Positions 27,802 to 32,000 of a stretch of 32,000 bases of DNA are shown here, one piece after another (positions within the stretch are counted from its first letter, which is position 1; each line of letters begins with the position of its first letter). The position numbers and the translations under genes are program-made. The stretch covers positions 750,001-782,000 of the forward strand of contig NC_008789.1 of the NCBI RefSeq assembly GCF_000015585.1, read 5' to 3'. The stretch is from Halorhodospira halophila SL1. GTDB taxonomy: Bacteria; Pseudomonadota; Gammaproteobacteria; Nitrococcales; Halorhodospiraceae. The notes below the pieces were generated by a model. That model was not told the DNA's origin. It did not search any database and was given only the letters and a program-made list of their open reading frames with translations.

Positions 27802-30735
27802 TCAGTCACCCTCTTCCGCCAGTTCCAATTCTTCCTGATGCTGCCAGTGGGTGATCTCGTCCAGCGGCGAACGATCCGCCGGGACCATCACACGATCACC
27901 GTCTTCGACCTCGCCGTTGAGGATCACCACCTCCTCGTAGAGCGACTCCAGGCCACCTTCGACTTGCTCCGCACCCAGGCGATCAAGGAGTTGCGCCAGG
28001 TGATCGCGGAGGGTGTGGCTCGAGTCGTAGCTGAAGGTGATCTGCTCGACCGCCTCTGCCGGCGAAGCGACCCGGACGATCTCACCACCGTCATGGATCG
28101 TGAGATCCTGATGACTCACCAGATCACCATCCCCCTCAACGCTGATGCGCTGCGCCGTGGCGGTCTGCGGGACATCCAGGCGCTCTGCCTGCTCCTCCGA
28201 AGCGCGCACCAGATACCCTCCCGGCGGCAGCTGATCCAGGATGAAGAGACCATCGAAGACACTGCGATCCGTCTGGACCACCTCCCCGGTTTCGGTATCC
28301 ACCGCCTCCATCTCGAAACCGGAGACCTCCGATGGCTCTGCCGTGCCACGCTGGCGACGAACCACGCCATCCACCTCGCCCGTGAGGTGCAGCTCGAAAT
28401 CCAGGGGGAGTACCCGACCCGGGCGCGGCTCGAAGCTTACCCCCCGGGTTGCAGGTTGGACGAAGGGATTGTCGATCGACCCCACATCCACCTCCACGTT
28501 GACCGGATCGTGGGGATCCAGACGGGCGGCCCAGGCCTCCCCGTTCTCATCGGTGCCCCCGCAGCTGCGGCCTGCACAGACATCGACCCCCTCCACGGGC
28601 TCGCCATCCTGATGAACCCTTGCCATCACCGCCCCGTGATCGTAGCCGCGCCCGGCCTCGGGATCCGGGTACCACCCCCCGGCAGGATGGGGCAGCCCTC
28701 CCACATCCAGGCCGACCGACACCTGCCACCGACCCCCCGTATCCACCTGACCTTGCCCCGAGAAGCGCCAGTACTCGCGAGCAGTACGGGAAATGCCCAG
28801 ACGGAGGTTATGAGGACGGTCATTGAAGCTGCCGCGCACCTGGGCACTGCCCCGCCAGTTGTCATGAAGGCTCTGACTGTACTCGGCGTTGGCGCTATCC
28901 AGCTCCGCCTCGGGCGCCAGGCCATAGCTCACACCGAGGTTCAGCCGCCCCTCCCGATAACGCCCCCAGCGTGTCTGCAGGCTGCCCTGCGCGGAAGGGT
29001 CGCCGTCATCCGCCTGGCTCACGGTCAGCGAATGCCGGAGCCGCTGACCGCCGATGCTCACGTTTTCGCGGGTGCGCAGGCGTTGCCAAGTCGACTCGCC
29101 GTCCGCGGACTCCTGATGCTCGTAGCGCAGACGGGTGCGCAGCGGCCCCAAAGAGCCGCGCACTTGCAACTCGTGGCCGTGACGCAAGTCACCGCTGACG
29201 CGGCTACGCAGCTCGTCGGTCTCCAGGCCATCCACCAGGGTGTACTCGTAGTCCAGGCTCCACGCGCCCAGACCGCGCTCCAGCGCGAGCTGCCAAGCCC
29301 GGCCTTGGTCATTCTCGAAGGCACCGCGAAGACGGCCCCAAACCCCGAACGCACTGAACGAGGCGTCCGCCCCGACCAGCTCTCGGCGCGTCAGCTCGTC
29401 CTCCTCGTCATCCGGCTCCATGTAGTGGAGGTCGCCGCCGACCGTCAGGGTCTCGGTCACCCCGACGTCCATCCGCGCCGCCGCGCGCCGGTCCTGGTCA
29501 TCGCGCGGCTGGTGCTCATAGAGACTGACCCCCTCTCGGCTGGCATCCAGGCTGTAGTGCACCATGCCCGGCGGCAGCAGCCCCGGGCCGATCTCAATCG
29601 TCCGCGAGATGGTCTCGCGCTCGCCGTGGGGTCCGTAGAACTCAATGGTGTAAGGGTTGGTGCCCGGCCGGGCGTCAATGTCCTCGAACTCGTGGCGATC
29701 CGTGTCCACATCGTGTGCAAAGTCGACCAGATCGCCGTCGCGATAGAGCTCGACGTCCCAGCCCTCGGGAACCTCCACCTCGATGGACTGATCGGTAAAC
29801 GTGGTACGCGCCATACCCTCCGGTCGGTTCGTCAGGGTCACCCCCATCCCGGAGCCGCCACGCCGGATCAGGTCGTACCGGGGCGCGCGCACCCGCCCCA
29901 GCTCGTAGCGCTCCAGGGCCGGGTGGCCGACCTGCTGCCCGAGGGTCCCGTCGAAGCGCCGGATTCCGTCGGTGTCATTCGCCTGTAACCGCCACTCCGC
30001 CTCATGCCAGAGGAGATCTCCAGCGCCTGCGAGATTACCGCTGGTGCTGCTACCGTTCCCGCTTTGCTGGTGATTGAGGCTCAGGGACCATGCAGGACGG
30101 GTCATGAAACGGGCCGGCAGCGGTTCACGGGGCAGCCACTCCTCACCGCCGATACCCGCCCCGTCATCGGTCAGTCGTGCCCACCGGGCCTCGCGCTCCA
30201 GACGGCTAAGGATCGGCAATTCCTCGTCCGCACGCATGTGGACCTCAGCGCGGCGCGGGCGATATTCGAAGCCAACGGGCAGGAACTCCTGGATGGCATC
30301 CTCACGGAAGTAGATGTCATCGTGCTCTTGGATCCAATCCTCTTCCTCAAGGATCAGCGGGCGGTCGCCGACCTCGCCCATGCCGCTGGCGGTATCGAAG
30401 GAGACCGTCCGGTCCGGATCGAGGACCCAGCCGGAGACCTGCCCCTCAAGCGGGTCGACCTCGACCGCCAGCTCCAGATGGCGGGCGAGCTGGCCCAATG
30501 GGTAGTAGATCTCCCCTTTGCGCTGGAGCATATACTCGCTCTCGGAGAGGGGGTAGCCTTCCAGCTCCACGCGCAGCACCATATCCTCCACCCCCTCGCC
30601 ATCATCCTCTTCCTGGAGGCTCTCCACAGAAAGCGGGGCAGGCGCGCTGGGCGACCAGAACGCCCCCGCCGCGGCCAGGAGCCAAACCGCGACCGCAACA
30701 GACCGCCCAGTCGCACCCACGCGAGACCATCTCAC
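27802..30735 (-). CDS. Outer-membrane fimbrial usher-like protein (977 aa) with an extended C-terminal region
   Basis: The N-terminus has a signal peptide (SVAVAVWLLAAAGA). The usher-type N-domain pattern is LRVELEGYPLSESEYMLQRKGEIYYPLGQLARHLEL. A plug-like segment is IEVEVPEGWDVELYRDGDLVDFAHDVDTDRHEFEDIDARPGTNPYTIEFYGPHGERETISRTI, which parallels the FimD/PapC pattern. Long alternating Tyr/Arg/Gly/Ser-rich stretches are consistent with barrel strands. The GTG start at 30735 lies 4 nt after the chaperone stop. Assignment is by motif-level recognition only. Confidence 0.6.
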   Translation of the reverse strand: MRWSRVGATGRSVAVAVWLLAAAGAFWSPSAPAPLSVESLQEEDDGEGVEDMVLRVELEGYPLSESEYMLQRKGEIYYPLGQLARHLELAVEVDPLEGQVSGWVLDPDRTVSFDTASGMGEVGDRPLILEEEDWIQEHDDIYFREDAIQEFLPVGFEYRPRRAEVHMRADEELPILSRLEREARWARLTDDGAGIGGEEWLPREPLPARFMTRPAWSLSLNHQQSGNGSSTSGNLAGAGDLLWHEAEWRLQANDTDGIRRFDGTLGQQVGHPALERYELGRVRAPRYDLIRRGGSGMGVTLTNRPEGMARTTFTDQSIEVEVPEGWDVELYRDGDLVDFAHDVDTDRHEFEDIDARPGTNPYTIEFYGPHGERETISRTIEIGPGLLPPGMVHYSLDASREGVSLYEHQPRDDQDRRAAARMDVGVTETLTVGGDLHYMEPDDEEDELTRRELVGADASFSAFGVWGRLRGAFENDQGRAWQLALERGLGAWSLDYEYTLVDGLETDELRSRVSGDLRHGHELQVRGSLGPLRTRLRYEHQESADGESTWQRLRTRENVSIGGQRLRHSLTVSQADDGDPSAQGSLQTRWGRYREGRLNLGVSYGLAPEAELDSANAEYSQSLHDNWRGSAQVRGSFNDRPHNLRLGISRTAREYWRFSGQGQVDTGGRWQVSVGLDVGGLPHPAGGWYPDPEAGRGYDHGAVMARVHQDGEPVEGVDVCAGRSCGGTDENGEAWAARLDPHDPVNVEVDVGSIDNPFVQPATRGVSFEPRPGRVLPLDFELHLTGEVDGVVRRQRGTAEPSEVSGFEMEAVDTETGEVVQTDRSVFDGLFILDQLPPGGYLVRASEEQAERLDVPQTATAQRISVEGDGDLVSHQDLTIHDGGEIVRVASPAEAVEQITFSYDSSHTLRDHLAQLLDRLGAEQVEGGLESLYEEVVILNGEVEDGDRVMVPADRSPLDEITHWQHQEELELAEEGD

Positions 30736-30739
30736 CGAC

Positions 30740-31606
30740 TTACTCGAGGGTGACGGTGCGCTCCGCCTTCACGTGACCACCGCTCTCGCCAAAGCCCTCC
30801 TCGTCATCCTCGAAGGCCCGATACACCACCCGCAACTCATCGCCCGGGGCCACATCGTGATTCTCAACCGAGAAGGGCAGAATCCGCTCATCCATCGATG
30901 TGGAGACAGCCGCCCGAGAGCGTTCGTGGATCGGCTCATCCTCTCCGGGCCGGTAGACCTCCAGGGAACCGTAAACCCCCCGCTCACCGTTGCGGGCCAC
31001 CGTGATCTCCACTGAGTCCTCGCCGTCCGCGTCTTCCGCTGGTTCGAAGCGAGCACCCCGAATCTCCGGCTCGCCGTCCGGATCACCGACTAGGATACCG
31101 ACCGGAATCGTCATGGCGAAGAGCGCCTGAATATCGACGGCCACCTCGTCGTCCTCGAGTTCCTCCTCGGCGAATGCCTGTCCGTCGGCGGTTGGCATGG
31201 TCCGAACGGCAAAACGGGCGCGATACTCGCCCGGATCGATCTCATCCGGCACACGGGACATGATGCGCACGGTCTGGCTCTCGCCCGGCTGGAGGGTCAT
31301 CTGGCGGGGATGGTGGCGCAGCAGGTCGGCCCCGTGGTGGCCCCGCTCCCCGGCTTCAGGCTCCACGGGATCAATCAGCTCCGAACGCCCGTAGGCATCC
31401 GCCTCGACATCGGTCACCAGAACCCGGTACTCTTGGACCTCATCGCTCTGGTTAAACACCTCGACCTGCGCGCTGCGCTGCTGATCGTCGAAGAACAGCC
31501 GCTGCGGCGCGATCTGAATCGCCGCCGACGCCTGCGTCGCGGCAAATACCAAAGTCGTTGCCACGCAACCAACAGCTCCCCAGTGACACCTAACCACCCG
31601 CCTCAT
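30740..31606 (-). CDS. Periplasmic PapD-like pilus chaperone candidate (288 aa)
   Basis: An AGGAG SD lies 8 nt before the ATG at 31606. The signal peptide is GCVATTLVFAATQASA/A. The sequence continues IQIAPQRLFFDDQQRSAQVEVFNQSDEVQEYRV (first strand with a conserved-position Arg, then x-V-x-V-x-N). It also has HPRQMTLQPGESQTVRI and FAMTIPVGILVG, followed by a second beta-rich domain. Assignment is by motif-level recognition only. Confidence 0.6.
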   Translation of the reverse strand: MRRVVRCHWGAVGCVATTLVFAATQASAAIQIAPQRLFFDDQQRSAQVEVFNQSDEVQEYRVLVTDVEADAYGRSELIDPVEPEAGERGHHGADLLRHHPRQMTLQPGESQTVRIMSRVPDEIDPGEYRARFAVRTMPTADGQAFAEEELEDDEVAVDIQALFAMTIPVGILVGDPDGEPEIRGARFEPAEDADGEDSVEITVARNGERGVYGSLEVYRPGEDEPIHERSRAAVSTSMDERILPFSVENHDVAPGDELRVVYRAFEDDEEGFGESGGHVKAERTVTLE

Positions 31607-31688
31607 GGATTTCGCTCCTATCCGCTATCATTGCCCTAATGACCCTTGGGGCACCCCCCCATCCGCTTCCAATCTAAAACCGAGGTTT

Positions 31689-31717
31689 CCCCGCCTCCTC
31701 CCTGGGGAGAAGGCGGG
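31689..31717 (-). promoter_or_regulatory. Strong GC-rich stem-loop between the upstream subunit gene and the chaperone gene
   Basis: The minus strand reads CCCGCCTTCTCC-CCAG-GGAGGAGGCGGG. This is a 12-bp stem with one G-U pair and a 4-nt loop, starting 19 nt after the TAG of the upstream gene. A TTTT run lies 9 nt downstream, so it is not a textbook intrinsic terminator. Confidence 0.5.
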
Positions 31718-31735
31718 ATCCCAACGCGGCGGAGA

Positions 31736-32000
31736 CTAGTCCGCGTACTCAACCGATACAGTGAATGTATTGCTGTATACTCCGGCGTTTTCAGGGGCCG
31801 TACTATAATCCTCGCACTGATTACAAAATTCGACCCACTCATGCTTCTCCCCGTCTTCCCCTAAGGCGATCGGGTCACTGGAGCTATTGTTGTCGTCAAA
31901 ACCGAATGAGGAAGAGAGGGGAATAATCGTATCGTGGTCGCCGTTCTCTAGCTCGAGATAAACGGTGTGACCATCAGGGTTGTGAATGTCGCCGTCAAGG
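31736..32000 (-). CDS. C-terminal part of a small acidic protein; paralogue 3 of the putative pilin-like family (in the major-subunit position; the gene runs off the right edge)
   Basis: This ORF is not in the supplied track because it has no start in the window. My manual minus-strand translation is open from 32000 to the TAG at 31738-31736. It reads ...LDGDIHNPDGHTVYLELENGDHDTIIPLSSSFGFDDNNSSSDPIALGEDGEKHEWVEFCNQCEDYSTAPENAGVYSNTFTVSVEYAD-stop. The C-terminal motif is shared with the genes at 26542 and 27166. GC is about 50% (hand count of 31741-31860). Confidence 0.6.
   Translation of the reverse strand, partial: LDGDIHNPDGHTVYLELENGDHDTIIPLSSSFGFDDNNSSSDPIALGEDGEKHEWVEFCNQCEDYSTAPENAGVYSNTFTVSVEYAD

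Noticed and set aside
27838-29988. A 716-aa plus-strand ORF antisense to the usher-like gene.
   Set aside because: It has no signal peptide or motifs, and its composition is Arg/Leu/His/Pro-rich. The minus-strand frame has a signal peptide, usher-like N-domain and plug patterns, and fits the operon context. The call rests on frame quality only, without a database check.
31636-31864. Two small ORFs in the track (31636-31842 on the minus strand and 31646-31864 on the plus strand).
   Set aside because: Both overlap, in other frames, the open minus-strand frame that ends at 31736 and carries the C-terminal motif shared by the family. Their translations show no features, and 31636-31735 includes the intergenic hairpin.

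Overview
The window is a high-GC (about 70-77% in sampled 60-nt stretches) gammaproteobacterial chromosome segment. Proteins are generally acidic, so a halophilic Chromatiales/Ectothiorhodospiraceae-like host is plausible, but that is inference only. Positions 1-26400 are densely packed housekeeping genes in classic synteny blocks: nnr-tsaE-amiB-mutL-miaA (minus strand); queG; pcnB-folK-panB-panC-panD (minus); a stand-alone tRNA-Glu(CUC); an RDD-family membrane protein; lptF-lptG (minus) divergent from pepA-holC-(small ORF)-valS (plus); and ilvH-ilvC-rhodanese-pssA-leuA-udg-(coiled-coil TM protein)-rimI (minus). Two lower-GC segments interrupt this backbone. The first is a HepT/MntA (DUF86/nucleotidyltransferase) toxin-antitoxin pair between valS and rimI (19281-19923). 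The second, and the most interesting, runs from about 26400 to the window end. It sits where the acetolactate synthase large-subunit gene would be expected upstream of ilvH. It encodes three paralogous small, very acidic secreted proteins, a PapD-like periplasmic chaperone candidate (288 aa) and a 977-aa outer-membrane usher-like protein. Their order is subunit-chaperone-usher-subunit, which resembles archaic (Csu/SCPU-type) chaperone-usher pilus systems, but the sequences are highly divergent. Other points are a pcnB that must start at a non-canonical codon (probably ATT, as in E. coli), a 226-bp MITE/REP-like palindromic element enclosing a bidirectional terminator, and many very long antisense ORFs that are high-GC artefacts. 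No CRISPR array, rRNA or transposase/integrase gene was seen.
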